A stretch of DNA of 64,000 nt, from assembly GCA_905372835.1 (NCBI GenBank), contig CAJPQK010000001.1, positions 360,336 to 424,335 on the forward strand. The letters are read 5' to 3'. Source of the stretch: Candidatus Saccharimonadota bacterium. GTDB taxonomy: Bacteria > Patescibacteriota > Saccharimonadia > Saccharimonadales > Saccharimonadaceae. This document shows positions 36,343 to 45,200 of this stretch, piece by piece. The notes below the pieces were generated by a model that ran no database searches, was not told the origin of the DNA, and saw only the letters and a program-made list of their open reading frames with translations. A program made the position numbers and the translations under genes. The first letter of the stretch is position 1. Each line of letters begins with the position of its first letter.

Positions 36343-37382
36343 TCGTGGTACAGGTAGTGCTGCAATGTGTTAGGCAAATTAGGAGCGAGCATGTGATAGG
36401 CCTCATCGGTCAAGGCAATTGACAGTCGGCCGCGCGGCTGACGCTTGGACAATTTCGTCATGCCAAAGAGTGCTGGACTTATTTGTCCACCAGGGAGATT
36501 GTCGAGTCGGCCAAAACCGGCGGTCAGTCGAACCGTATATTCATCCTGCGCTTGAGCGAGATCAACGAGTTCGCTAAGCAGTGGAACGAGCGTATTATTG
36601 CCAAAAGCAGTTCGCTGCTCACGTGAGAAACGTGCGCTGCTCTGCGGTAGTGGCACTGCAAGGTTCTGTCCGTCGCCCGTCCAGTCGATCAGCTCGCCGC
36701 CATAATGTTGTACGGCAGTGATTGCTTGGCTACCAAACCGAACGAGAAATGAGCGCAGTCCTCCATCATCGCGTGTCATCTCCCTGGTTGAATGCGACAC
36801 ATCCCACGTGGCGAGGATTGCGTTCGGTGTGGTAGGTGATTTGAGGGCTAGCATGTCGGCGACTGAATGAGTGGGGTATAATGCTCTCGCCAATGCTTGC
36901 AGCGCCGTAATGTCAACGCTGAGTGCAGTTTTGGATCTGTCGTATTGCCATAATGTTTCTAATTCGCCCAACTGACGTTTTGTCGGCGTACGGTCTTTGG
37001 TGAAAGCAGCTTGCAGAACGGCGTGTTGGTCGGGCAGTGGCAAGTTGAGGACGCGATGATCAGGATTCATTGCACTCTCAGTTAGAGTAATGTCGTCTTG
37101 ATTGCCTTCAATGACACGTCCAGCGACTGACGACCCATCAACGCGGTGCCCTGTGATATGTGTTTTCTGAAAATCAAATCGACCGTCAGCCGGAGCCTGC
37201 GGTGAGCACGCAGTAGCGATTGCCCCAATCGAATCAGGATTGCATTCATCATACACAAAGACAGTCGCTGCGTCTGGCTGAATCTCAGTCATGTGTACAC
37301 GTTGTAGAAAATTACCCACAGTTTGTGTGAGTCCTTGCTGATGGGCGCGAGCCAAAGTTTCGCAAGAAGGTCTCTGATGCAT
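36339..37382 (-). CDS. hypothetical protein; C-terminal half resembles a class III nucleotidyl cyclase homology domain
   Basis: ATWDVSHST (compare FxDIxGFT), HYGGELIDWTGDGQNLAV (compare hGGxxxKxxGDgxxaxF), VRLTAGFGRL (compare lRiGihtG), LFGMTKLSKRQPRGRLSIALTDEAY (compare GdtVNlAsRle..a.pg.i.vs). N-terminal roughly 190 aa unrecognised. Domain call from memory only. Confidence 0.35.
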   Translation of the reverse strand: MHQRPSCETLARAHQQGLTQTVGNFLQRVHMTEIQPDAATVFVYDECNPDSIGAIATACSPQAPADGRFDFQKTHITGHRVDGSSVAGRVIEGNQDDITLTESAMNPDHRVLNLPLPDQHAVLQAAFTKDRTPTKRQLGELETLWQYDRSKTALSVDITALQALARALYPTHSVADMLALKSPTTPNAILATWDVSHSTREMTRDDGGLRSFLVRFGSQAITAVQHYGGELIDWTGDGQNLAVPLPQSSARFSREQRTAFGNNTLVPLLSELVDLAQAQDEYTVRLTAGFGRLDNLPGGQISPALFGMTKLSKRQPRGRLSIALTDEAYHMLAPNLPNTLQHYLYHD

Positions 37383-37436
37383 TTTACATATTATATCATA
37401 TATTTATGAATATGGAAATGATGTAGAATAAATAAC

Positions 37437-37778
37437 ATGACTACACACCATCTCAAGCTACACCATGAGCCGTTTACTGTCATCGTCTCCGGCCGTAAGA
37501 CCATTGAGTCGCGGCTATATGACGAGAAGCGTCAAAAAATTCAGCTTGGCGACCGCATCATATTTACTAATAGCGACGATTTGAACCAAACCGCCACTGT
37601 AACAGTAATCGGTCTATTGCGCTACGCGACGTTTCATAATCTGTTTTTGCACAATGATCCGCAGAAATTTGGCGGCGAGAGTGTTGAGTGGCTGGAAAAT
37701 CAGATTAACGAGTTTTATTCAGTCGAAGATCAGGAGCTATACGGAGTTTTAGGGATTGAATTTGAATATGAAGGCTAG
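37437..37778 (+). CDS. ASCH domain protein
   Basis: HLKLHHEPFTVIVSGRKTIESRLYDEKRQKIQLGDRIIF matches the ASCH (ASC-1 homology) beta-barrel N-terminus. Confidence 0.7.
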   Translation: MTTHHLKLHHEPFTVIVSGRKTIESRLYDEKRQKIQLGDRIIFTNSDDLNQTATVTVIGLLRYATFHNLFLHNDPQKFGGESVEWLENQINEFYSVEDQELYGVLGIEFEYEG

Positions 37779-38490
37779 TAGTGATATGTATGATGACATC
37801 GTGATGAAACTGGCAAAACTCGCTGAAGGTAATGAGGCGTACACTGAGTTTAATAAGCGCATCGTCAACACCAAGATGCCAGTCATTGGCGTGCGCGTGC
37901 CAGATTTGCGGCGATTGGCACGGGAATTGGCGTCTGATGTGAGTGCGGCGGAAATCAGTGCATTGCTGAAAGAGAAGAATGAGTCATTTGACTACGTGCT
38001 GCTATGTGGGCTATTGATTACACATGCTCGGCTTGATGATCAGGCGGCGATTGACTTGACTAGGCGATATTTACCCTGCGTTGATTCGTGGGCGCACATT
38101 GACGTGTTCATCGAGAAAAAGCGGCGGTTTGCTGGTGAGCTGTGGTGGGATTTTGCACTGGAATGTTTGCAGAGTGAGGCTGAATTTACAGTACGCTACG
38201 GTGTGGTTTCTTTGATGACTAATTTTCTGGATGAGGCGCATATCAATCAGGTTTTTGCAGCACTACGCGACATCACGCACGATGGTTACTATGTCAAAAT
38301 GGCGTTGGCTTGGCTATACGCCACGGCGGCGGTAAACTTTTTTGAGCTGACGCTGGCTGAACTAGAAAACGGACATGTTGATGCCTGGACGCGCAACAAA
38401 GCCTATCAAAAAATGCGCGAATCACGGCGATTCACGCCCAAACAGCAGGATGTCATTGCTAAATATAAAGCTAAAGAATATTGCCAATAA
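37756..38490 (+). CDS. DNA alkylation repair protein (AlkC/AlkD-like HEAT repeat)
   Basis: FNKRIVNTKMPVIGVRVPDLRRLAREL and the repeated helical pattern are typical of PF08713-type proteins. Start uncertain (ATG at 37756, 37768 or 37786). Confidence 0.7.
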   Translation: MNLNMKASSDMYDDIVMKLAKLAEGNEAYTEFNKRIVNTKMPVIGVRVPDLRRLARELASDVSAAEISALLKEKNESFDYVLLCGLLITHARLDDQAAIDLTRRYLPCVDSWAHIDVFIEKKRRFAGELWWDFALECLQSEAEFTVRYGVVSLMTNFLDEAHINQVFAALRDITHDGYYVKMALAWLYATAAVNFFELTLAELENGHVDAWTRNKAYQKMRESRRFTPKQQDVIAKYKAKEYCQ

Positions 38491-38559
38491 TTACCGACCT
38501 GCGGCTTGGCTCTACAAAAGTCGAATAGTTACAGATAAGATGATATACTAGTAACTAGT

Positions 38560-41073
38560 ATGAAAGTCAGCCTAAACCTTATCAAACAATTGATTAATTT
38601 TGAATTACCTCCCGTAGATGAGTTGGTGGCGCGGGTCAATCAGCAACTCGGCGGCGTCGAAGAAGTGATCGACCTCAGCGCTAAATATGGCGGCGCGCGA
38701 ATTGTCCGGGTAGTTGAATGTGTCAAGCATCCTGATGCTGATCGGCTGAGTGTGGCCAAGATTGACGATGGCGGCGTGGTCGCGGATGTGCCGCGTGATG
38801 AGAACGGGCTGGTGCAAGTGGTCTGCGGCGCGCCGAATGTGCATGCGGACATGTGGGCGATTTGGTTGCCGCCAAAAAGCACGGTGCCGGCAAGTTTCGA
38901 TGACGATGAGCCATTTGTGCTGGATGCGCGGCCACTGCGCGGCGTGCTCAGTCAAGGTATGTTGGCGGCGGCGGATGAGCTGGATATCGGCACGGATCAC
39001 GAGGGAATTGTTGAGATTCGTGAACAGGACGTGCCGGCGGGTGTTGAGCTCACGGCGGGTGCGAGTTTCGCGGAAACGTTTGGCTTGGATGATTACGTAT
39101 TGGACATTGAAAATAAGATGTTTACGCACCGGCCGGATTGCTTTGGCCAGCTCGGCGTGGCGCGCGAGATTGCCGGGATTTTTCATCAGCAGTTTACTAG
39201 CCCCGAGTGGTACAAATCGGAGCAGCAATTTTCTGGCGCTGAGGGTCTGGAGCTAACAGTAACGAACGAAGCACCTGAACTAGTGCCGCGATTCATGGCA
39301 GTAGCCTTTCGTGATGTTACCATGCAGCCAAGTCCGTTGTGGCTGCAATGCCAGTTGGTGGCGATGGGCGGCAAGCCGATTAATAACATTGTCGACGCCA
39401 CGAATTACATGATGCTACTGACGGCGCAGCCAACGCACGCCTATGATTATGACAAATTGCGTGGGCATAAGCTTGAGACACGAATGGCTCGTAATGGCGA
39501 GAAAGTCAGTCTGCTTAATGGCAAAGAATATGAGCTGACGACGGACGACATCGTCATTGCTGATGGCGAGGGCGTGATTGGTCTGGCGGGAATTATGGGC
39601 GGTGTCGACACTGAGGTATCAAATGACACTAAGAATATTGTCCTAGAATGTGCTAATTTTGATATGTATGCGCTGCGCCGCACGGCCATGCGCCACGGTA
39701 TTTTCACTGACGCGCTGACGCGGTTTAATAAGGGCCAGTCGCCGCTACAAAATGCTGCCGTGTTGAAACAGCTAATGGGTATGGTTGGCGGGGTGCAGGC
39801 CAGTGAAGTGTTTGATCTAAAACAATTTGATGACTGGCTTGATAATTATTTTGGTGGAAAATACACACCAGCAAACATTGATATTGATAGTAAGTTTATC
39901 AACGAAAGACTAGGCTTGGGCTTATCTGGCGATGATATTTGCGACTTGTTGAATAGCGTAGAAATAAAGAGTCATGGTCCGGAAGAAGAATTGGATTATA
40001 TTTGCATTCAATCGCCGTTCTGGCGTACCGATCTTGAGCTACCTGAGGACATCGTCGAAGAAGTTGGGCGGCTGTACGGCTTTGATAAACTACCGCGTCA
40101 ACTACCACGTCGCAGTATCAAATCAACACCGAAAAACCCGCGTCGTGAGCTAAAAAACGCCGTTCGCCAAAGTCTGTCGCGTGCTGGCGCTAATGAAGTC
40201 TTGACCTACAGTTTTGTCCACGAGCGTGTCCTGAAAAACGCCGAACAGGACGTTGCTCAGGCATATAAATTATCAAACGCTCTCAGTCCTGACTTGCAAT
40301 ATTACCGCTTGACGGTGCTACCGAGTTTGCTCGACAAGGTCCACGCCAACATCAAGGCTGGTCATGATGAATTTGCCTTGTTTGAAATGGGTAAGGGTCA
40401 TATCAAAATGCATGGTTTGGGTGAAGATGGTCTGCCAGAAGCCAGCCAGTTCACTGACATCGTCTATGCTGCCAAGAAGCCGGGAGCGGGTGCACCATTT
40501 TACACGATTCGTCGCTTGGTTGAGCAGCTGGCACGTGATCTTGGTGCCGAGTTAGTATTTAAGCCGATTGAACAAGAACTTGCGTTTCCAGTCGCGACAC
40601 CATTTGACCAATCGCGCAGTGCATTAGTCGAGACAACCAACGGAACGTTCATCGGTATAGTTGGCGAATTGAAACAATCAGTTATCAAGAACTTCAAACT
40701 GCCGACGTACGTGGCAGCGGCGAGCTTGGATACGGCTGGCTTGGAGGCTGTCTACGCCAAGCGTGCCAGTCACTACCAGCCGCTCAGTCGCTATCCATCA
40801 ACCAGTCGCGATATTTCTCTCAAACTGCCAGCTCATGTTGATTATGCGTCCGTCGCCCAAAGCATTGACCGTGTCCTTGAAACGATGGAGATTGATGTGG
40901 CCTTTCATGTGGTGTCCATCTATCAGCCGCCAAACGGCACATCAACGAAGACACTAACTTTCCACTTAGTCTTTACGAGCCACCAACGCACCTTGGTTGA
41001 TTCTGACATTACACCAATCATTGAATCAATCCAGCAGGTCATGCAACAAACTTACGGCGCGGAGCTTGTCTGA
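38560..41073 (+). CDS. pheT: phenylalanine--tRNA ligase beta subunit
   Basis: N-terminal tRNA-binding domain (RIVRVVECVKHPDADRLSVAKID), B3/4, B5 and anticodon-binding-like C-terminus. 837 aa. Confidence 0.95.
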   Translation: MKVSLNLIKQLINFELPPVDELVARVNQQLGGVEEVIDLSAKYGGARIVRVVECVKHPDADRLSVAKIDDGGVVADVPRDENGLVQVVCGAPNVHADMWAIWLPPKSTVPASFDDDEPFVLDARPLRGVLSQGMLAAADELDIGTDHEGIVEIREQDVPAGVELTAGASFAETFGLDDYVLDIENKMFTHRPDCFGQLGVAREIAGIFHQQFTSPEWYKSEQQFSGAEGLELTVTNEAPELVPRFMAVAFRDVTMQPSPLWLQCQLVAMGGKPINNIVDATNYMMLLTAQPTHAYDYDKLRGHKLETRMARNGEKVSLLNGKEYELTTDDIVIADGEGVIGLAGIMGGVDTEVSNDTKNIVLECANFDMYALRRTAMRHGIFTDALTRFNKGQSPLQNAAVLKQLMGMVGGVQASEVFDLKQFDDWLDNYFGGKYTPANIDIDSKFINERLGLGLSGDDICDLLNSVEIKSHGPEEELDYICIQSPFWRTDLELPEDIVEEVGRLYGFDKLPRQLPRRSIKSTPKNPRRELKNAVRQSLSRAGANEVLTYSFVHERVLKNAEQDVAQAYKLSNALSPDLQYYRLTVLPSLLDKVHANIKAGHDEFALFEMGKGHIKMHGLGEDGLPEASQFTDIVYAAKKPGAGAPFYTIRRLVEQLARDLGAELVFKPIEQELAFPVATPFDQSRSALVETTNGTFIGIVGELKQSVIKNFKLPTYVAAASLDTAGLEAVYAKRASHYQPLSRYPSTSRDISLKLPAHVDYASVAQSIDRVLETMEIDVAFHVVSIYQPPNGTSTKTLTFHLVFTSHQRTLVDSDITPIIESIQQVMQQTYGAELV

Positions 41074-42875
41074 TGAAATCGCTGCTCCGCACCCTTGGTT
41101 ATACGCACAATATGCTGCCGTTTTATGCCAAGATTAGCCTGTGCTCCGTGTTGGTGGCGCTGACTGGTATCGCCATGCCGTATGTCATATCGCGGGCTAC
41201 TACTTTGATGGTGGAAGTGGTTGAAGGCAACAACATCGGCGTCGGTCAGGTGTTGTGGTTAGCGGCTTTGCTGCTGGTGTTTGATGTTGCTAACGTGTTG
41301 ATTCGTAACTTAGGTGGCTACTGGGGTGACGTCATGTCCACCAAGCTCAAAGCACAGTTGTCGACGCATTATTATCACCACTTGCTTAGTCTGCCACAAA
41401 GTTATTTTGATGGGGAATTGACAGGCACCATCATCAACCGCCTGAACCGCGCCATCACCGAGATGAGTAATTTCCTGAATATGTTTGCAAACAATTTCCT
41501 GCAGATGCTTCTGACCAGCTGTATCACAATCGGTATCGTGCTGACGTACAGCTTGGACTTGGCGCTGTTGGTGTTGATATTGTATCCGTTGTTCATCTGG
41601 CTGGCGGTATTGACCAGCAAAAAATGGCGTTATTTCCAGTCAAATAAAAATCACGAAGTCGATATGGCTAGCGGCCGATTTGCAGAAGTCGTATCGCAAA
41701 TCAAAGTGGTCAAAAGCTATGTTCGCGAAAGTTTAGAGTACCGACATTTTACCAAACGTTACCGTAAAACCATCGCCGTGACGCGCAAGCAGTCGCGCTA
41801 TTGGCACAAAATGGACGTCATTCGTGGGCTGATTTTGAGCATCGTCTTTTTCCTCATCTTTGCGTACATTTTTGTTCAGACGACCGAGAAAAAGTTTACG
41901 ATTGGTGAGATGATTTTGCTCATTACCTTGATCAACAATCTGCGAACGCCGCTCTTTAGTATGAGTTTCATCGTTGACGGCTTTCAGAAAGCAGTGTCGG
42001 GGAGCAAGGACTTCATTGCGGCCATGGAACTCAAACCTGGTATTAAGGACGCGCCCGATGCAGCTCACCTGAACACAGAAAAGGCGACGATCTCCTTTGA
42101 CGATGTGTCGTTCCGATATGCCAGTGTGCCAAATCGCCCCGTTCTGCATAACATTTCCTTTACGATTCCCGCTGGCGAACGCGTGGCTCTGGTTAGTGAA
42201 TCTGGTGGCGGTAAAACCACAATTACCAATTTGTTGATGCGGCTGTATGAACGTGATAGTGGCGTCATCTCAGTCAATGATACTGACATTCGCAACCTGA
42301 CCCAGCGCAGTTTGCGCGGACACATTGCAACAGTCTTTCAGGACCCGGTGCTTTTCTCTGGTACAATTCGTGAAAACATTGCTTATGGTAAGGCAGATGC
42401 AACGGACAAGGAGATTTTTGCCGCTGCCAAAGCTGCCAACGCCGATGAGTTTATTCGTCAATTGGACTATGGCTACGACACGCAGATTGGTGAGCATGGT
42501 CTGAAGCTTTCAGGAGGTCAGAAGCAGCGCATTGCCATTGCACGTGCAGTGTTGAAAGACGCGCCAATTTTGATATTGGACGAGGCAACCAGCAATTTGG
42601 ACAATAAGAATGAACATTTAGTGCAGCAAGCGCTTGACCGGTTGATGAAAGGTCGCACTACACTGATCATCGCTCACCGCTTGTCGACCATTGCGGCGGT
42701 CGACACCATCATCACTCTGAAAAATGGGCGAGTTGATGAGATTGGGTCGCCAGATGAATTGGCCAAAACAAATGGTATCTACGCCAAGTTGTTGGAGCTG
42801 CAAAAGAATCCTGGTGTAGCGGGCGAGCGGCTGGCTGCGTATGACATTGCCGCCGAGCCAAAAGTTGATGTATAA
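41073..42875 (+). CDS. ABC transporter permease/ATP-binding protein (MsbA-like exporter)
   Basis: Six-TM domain followed by Walker A SESGGGKTT, LSGGQKQRIAIARA, ILILDEATS. The ATG overlaps the pheT stop (TGATG). Confidence 0.9.
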   Translation: MKSLLRTLGYTHNMLPFYAKISLCSVLVALTGIAMPYVISRATTLMVEVVEGNNIGVGQVLWLAALLLVFDVANVLIRNLGGYWGDVMSTKLKAQLSTHYYHHLLSLPQSYFDGELTGTIINRLNRAITEMSNFLNMFANNFLQMLLTSCITIGIVLTYSLDLALLVLILYPLFIWLAVLTSKKWRYFQSNKNHEVDMASGRFAEVVSQIKVVKSYVRESLEYRHFTKRYRKTIAVTRKQSRYWHKMDVIRGLILSIVFFLIFAYIFVQTTEKKFTIGEMILLITLINNLRTPLFSMSFIVDGFQKAVSGSKDFIAAMELKPGIKDAPDAAHLNTEKATISFDDVSFRYASVPNRPVLHNISFTIPAGERVALVSESGGGKTTITNLLMRLYERDSGVISVNDTDIRNLTQRSLRGHIATVFQDPVLFSGTIRENIAYGKADATDKEIFAAAKAANADEFIRQLDYGYDTQIGEHGLKLSGGQKQRIAIARAVLKDAPILILDEATSNLDNKNEHLVQQALDRLMKGRTTLIIAHRLSTIAAVDTIITLKNGRVDEIGSPDELAKTNGIYAKLLELQKNPGVAGERLAAYDIAAEPKVDV

Positions 42876-42900
42876 TAGGATAAACAGAGGAGGATAAGAT

Positions 42901-43578
42901 ATGGCGATAGCAAGATCGCAAAGAATAGGAATTTGGATTATTACAATCACAATGTTAGTGGGTACAGTTGGCGGATTTATCGCCATGATAGTGGCTCCGG
43001 GCAATGAAGCCAAAGATCAGGCTGAGCTGCAGCGAGCGCAAGAAAGCTATAAAGCAGCAAATACAGAACGCCAAAAGAAAGTTGACGCGCAGACGGCGGA
43101 ATTAAACAATAAATATTATGCTAAATTTGCTGAGTTTGGCTCACGGGTCGGTGCGTTTGAAGCTGGCGATGTCAAAGAACTCGGCAAAGAGGACTTGGTT
43201 GAAGGTGACGGTGCAGAAGTCAAAGATGACACCAAATTTGCGGTGTACTACATTGGCTGGAATGCTAAGGGTGAAGTGTTTGACCAGTCAATTGCTGACG
43301 GTAAATTGAAAGCACCATTCGCCATAAACGGTCCAGCGAATACCGCAGTCATCCAGGGTTGGAAAGAGGGCCTGGTCGGTATGAAGATCGGTGGCGTGCG
43401 CGAACTGACGATTCCAGCTGATAAGGCGTACGGTAGTCAAGGTCAGGGTGATAAAATCCCTGCCAATGCGCCGCTGAAGTTTGTGATCATGGCTATCGAA
43501 AAGCCAGCAGAAATTCCGCAGCCAGAAATGCCAGAAATCATCAAACGATATTATAAATCAAGGGGGCTCAATGTCTAA
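42901..43578 (+). CDS. membrane-anchored FKBP-type peptidyl-prolyl cis-trans isomerase
   Basis: N-terminal TM helix, C-terminal FKBP domain (VYYIGWNAKGEVFDQS...GVRELTIPADKAYG...APLKFVI). Confidence 0.88.
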   Translation: MAIARSQRIGIWIITITMLVGTVGGFIAMIVAPGNEAKDQAELQRAQESYKAANTERQKKVDAQTAELNNKYYAKFAEFGSRVGAFEAGDVKELGKEDLVEGDGAEVKDDTKFAVYYIGWNAKGEVFDQSIADGKLKAPFAINGPANTAVIQGWKEGLVGMKIGGVRELTIPADKAYGSQGQGDKIPANAPLKFVIMAIEKPAEIPQPEMPEIIKRYYKSRGLNV

Positions 43579-44503
43579 AGAAGTTATCATCGTTGGCGCT
43601 GGTCCAAGCGCGCTAACCGCAGCTATCTATCTGTCGCGCGAGGACGTGCCGACAACACTGTATGAACGCGGCGTGGTCGGCGGCATGGCGGCCATTACTG
43701 ATCAAATCGACAATTACCCAGGCTTTGCTGAGGGTGTGACCGGCATGAAATTGGCGTCCGAGCTGCAGCAGCAGGCTGAGCGATTTGGCGCGGATATTGA
43801 GTACGGTGACGTGACGGAGCTGAAGCAGGTTGACGGTGAGCTGGAATTGACAGTTGACGGTCAGCCAGTGCGAACTAAAGCCGTGCTGCTGGCGACTGGT
43901 TCAAATCATCGCAAACTGGGTGTGCCAGGCGAAGACGAATTGTATGGCCGCGGTGTACATTACTGCGCGACTTGCGACGGTGCCTTTTATCGCGATAAGA
44001 AACTGATCGTCGTTGGCGGCGGCAACTCGGCAGTCCAGGAAGCAATATTTTTGACTCGCTACGCCAGTCATATTGACCTGTTGGTGCGCAGCGAATTACG
44101 TGCCAGTGACGTTCTACAAAAAGAACTGCAAAAATACGTTGACGCAGGCAACATAACCGTCCATCTCGGTGCGACAACCGATGAAATTATCGTCAAAGAC
44201 GACAAGTTTTACGGTGTCACATCGACCCAAAACGGTGAGCAAAAAGAATTTACTGCAGACGGTTTGTTTGTCTTTATCGGCTTAATTCCGAACACGCAGT
44301 TCTTGGCTGACTCAGATGTTGAGCTGGACCTCGGCGGGCACATCGTCACTGATGAACACTTGCGTACCAATGTCCCTGGTGTCTTTGCCTCGGGCGACGT
44401 GCGTTCGGGCGCGACCATGCAAATCGCTTCGGCGGTCGGTGAGGGCGCGGTCGCAGCATTGCAAATTCGTGAATATTTACAAGAAAAAGCCAGAGAGGAG
44501 TAA
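43571..44503 (+). CDS. trxB: thioredoxin-disulfide reductase
   Basis: VIIVGAGPSALTAAIY, redox motif CATCDG, GGGNSAVQEA NADPH fold. Confidence 0.94.
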   Translation: MSKEVIIVGAGPSALTAAIYLSREDVPTTLYERGVVGGMAAITDQIDNYPGFAEGVTGMKLASELQQQAERFGADIEYGDVTELKQVDGELELTVDGQPVRTKAVLLATGSNHRKLGVPGEDELYGRGVHYCATCDGAFYRDKKLIVVGGGNSAVQEAIFLTRYASHIDLLVRSELRASDVLQKELQKYVDAGNITVHLGATTDEIIVKDDKFYGVTSTQNGEQKEFTADGLFVFIGLIPNTQFLADSDVELDLGGHIVTDEHLRTNVPGVFASGDVRSGATMQIASAVGEGAVAALQIREYLQEKAREE

Positions 44504-44506
44504 ACC

Positions 44507-45040
44507 ATGGCAGACTTTAACCAAATTTTGACACCGGGTGACGTAGAAAATGGCATCATCAATGTTGTCGTTGAGATCCCACAGGGCTCAAACCACAAGA
44601 TTGAATGGAACCGTGAGCTGGCAGTGATGCAGCTGGACCGCGTTGAGCCAGCAATTTTTGCCAAGCCAACTAACTATGGTTTCATCCCGCAGACCTTGGA
44701 TGAGGACGGCGACGAATTGGACGCCTTGATCATCACCGACCAGCCGCTGACAACAGGCATTTTCATGGAAGCAAAGGTTATCGGTGTGCTGGAGTTTGTT
44801 GATGATGATGAAGTTGACGATAAGGTGATCGTGGTGCCAGCTGATGACCGCAACACCGGTGATGCTATTAACTCATTGGAAGACTTACCGCCACAACTGC
44901 TCAAACAAATTGAGCATCATTTCAATCACTACAAAGATATGAAGAAACCAGGCTCGACAGTCGTCAAGGGCTTTGGTGATATTGAGCGCGCCAAGCAAAT
45001 CATCCGCGATTCAATCATTCGCTGGAACGAGCAAGCGTAA
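44507..45040 (+). CDS. ppa: inorganic pyrophosphatase, family I
   Basis: VVVEIPQGSNHKIEW ... DGDELDALIITD match the family I PPase signature. Confidence 0.93.
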   Translation: MADFNQILTPGDVENGIINVVVEIPQGSNHKIEWNRELAVMQLDRVEPAIFAKPTNYGFIPQTLDEDGDELDALIITDQPLTTGIFMEAKVIGVLEFVDDDEVDDKVIVVPADDRNTGDAINSLEDLPPQLLKQIEHHFNHYKDMKKPGSTVVKGFGDIERAKQIIRDSIIRWNEQA

Positions 45041-45058
45041 GAACATCTAGGCGATAAA

Positions 45059-45172
45059 ACAATATCACACCTCACTCAGAGTGCTCTTTACAGGTGACCT
45101 ACGGTCAGCCTGTGGCGTTCGGCTGACAGGCTTTCGCGCCCGTCACGGCCTCTGAGATGAGGGTGATATTGT
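45059..45172. other. 114-nt imperfect rod-like inverted repeat between convergent ppa and rel (bidirectional terminator or ncRNA candidate)
   Basis: ACAATATCAC/GTGATATTGT (10 bp), CCTCA/TGAGG, TCAGAG/CTCTGA, GTGAC/GTCAC and apical GTCAGCC/GGCTGAC helices, read directly. Confidence 0.4.
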
Positions 45173-45200
45173 CTTGTTCTATTTATAAAGCTGCCGTTGA

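Noticed and set aside
38605-39256. 207-aa minus-strand and 168-aa plus-strand ORFs inside the pheT 5' region
   Set aside because: The pheT frame carries the conserved tRNA-binding domain here. The others are alternative-frame artefacts of a locally GC-rich stretch.
45059-45172. SRP (4.5S) RNA
   Set aside because: The size and rod shape are compatible. Neither strand, however, contains the conserved domain IV features (a GNAR tetraloop closed by GGUCC/GGAAG-type strands, or the AGCA/GGAA symmetric loop).
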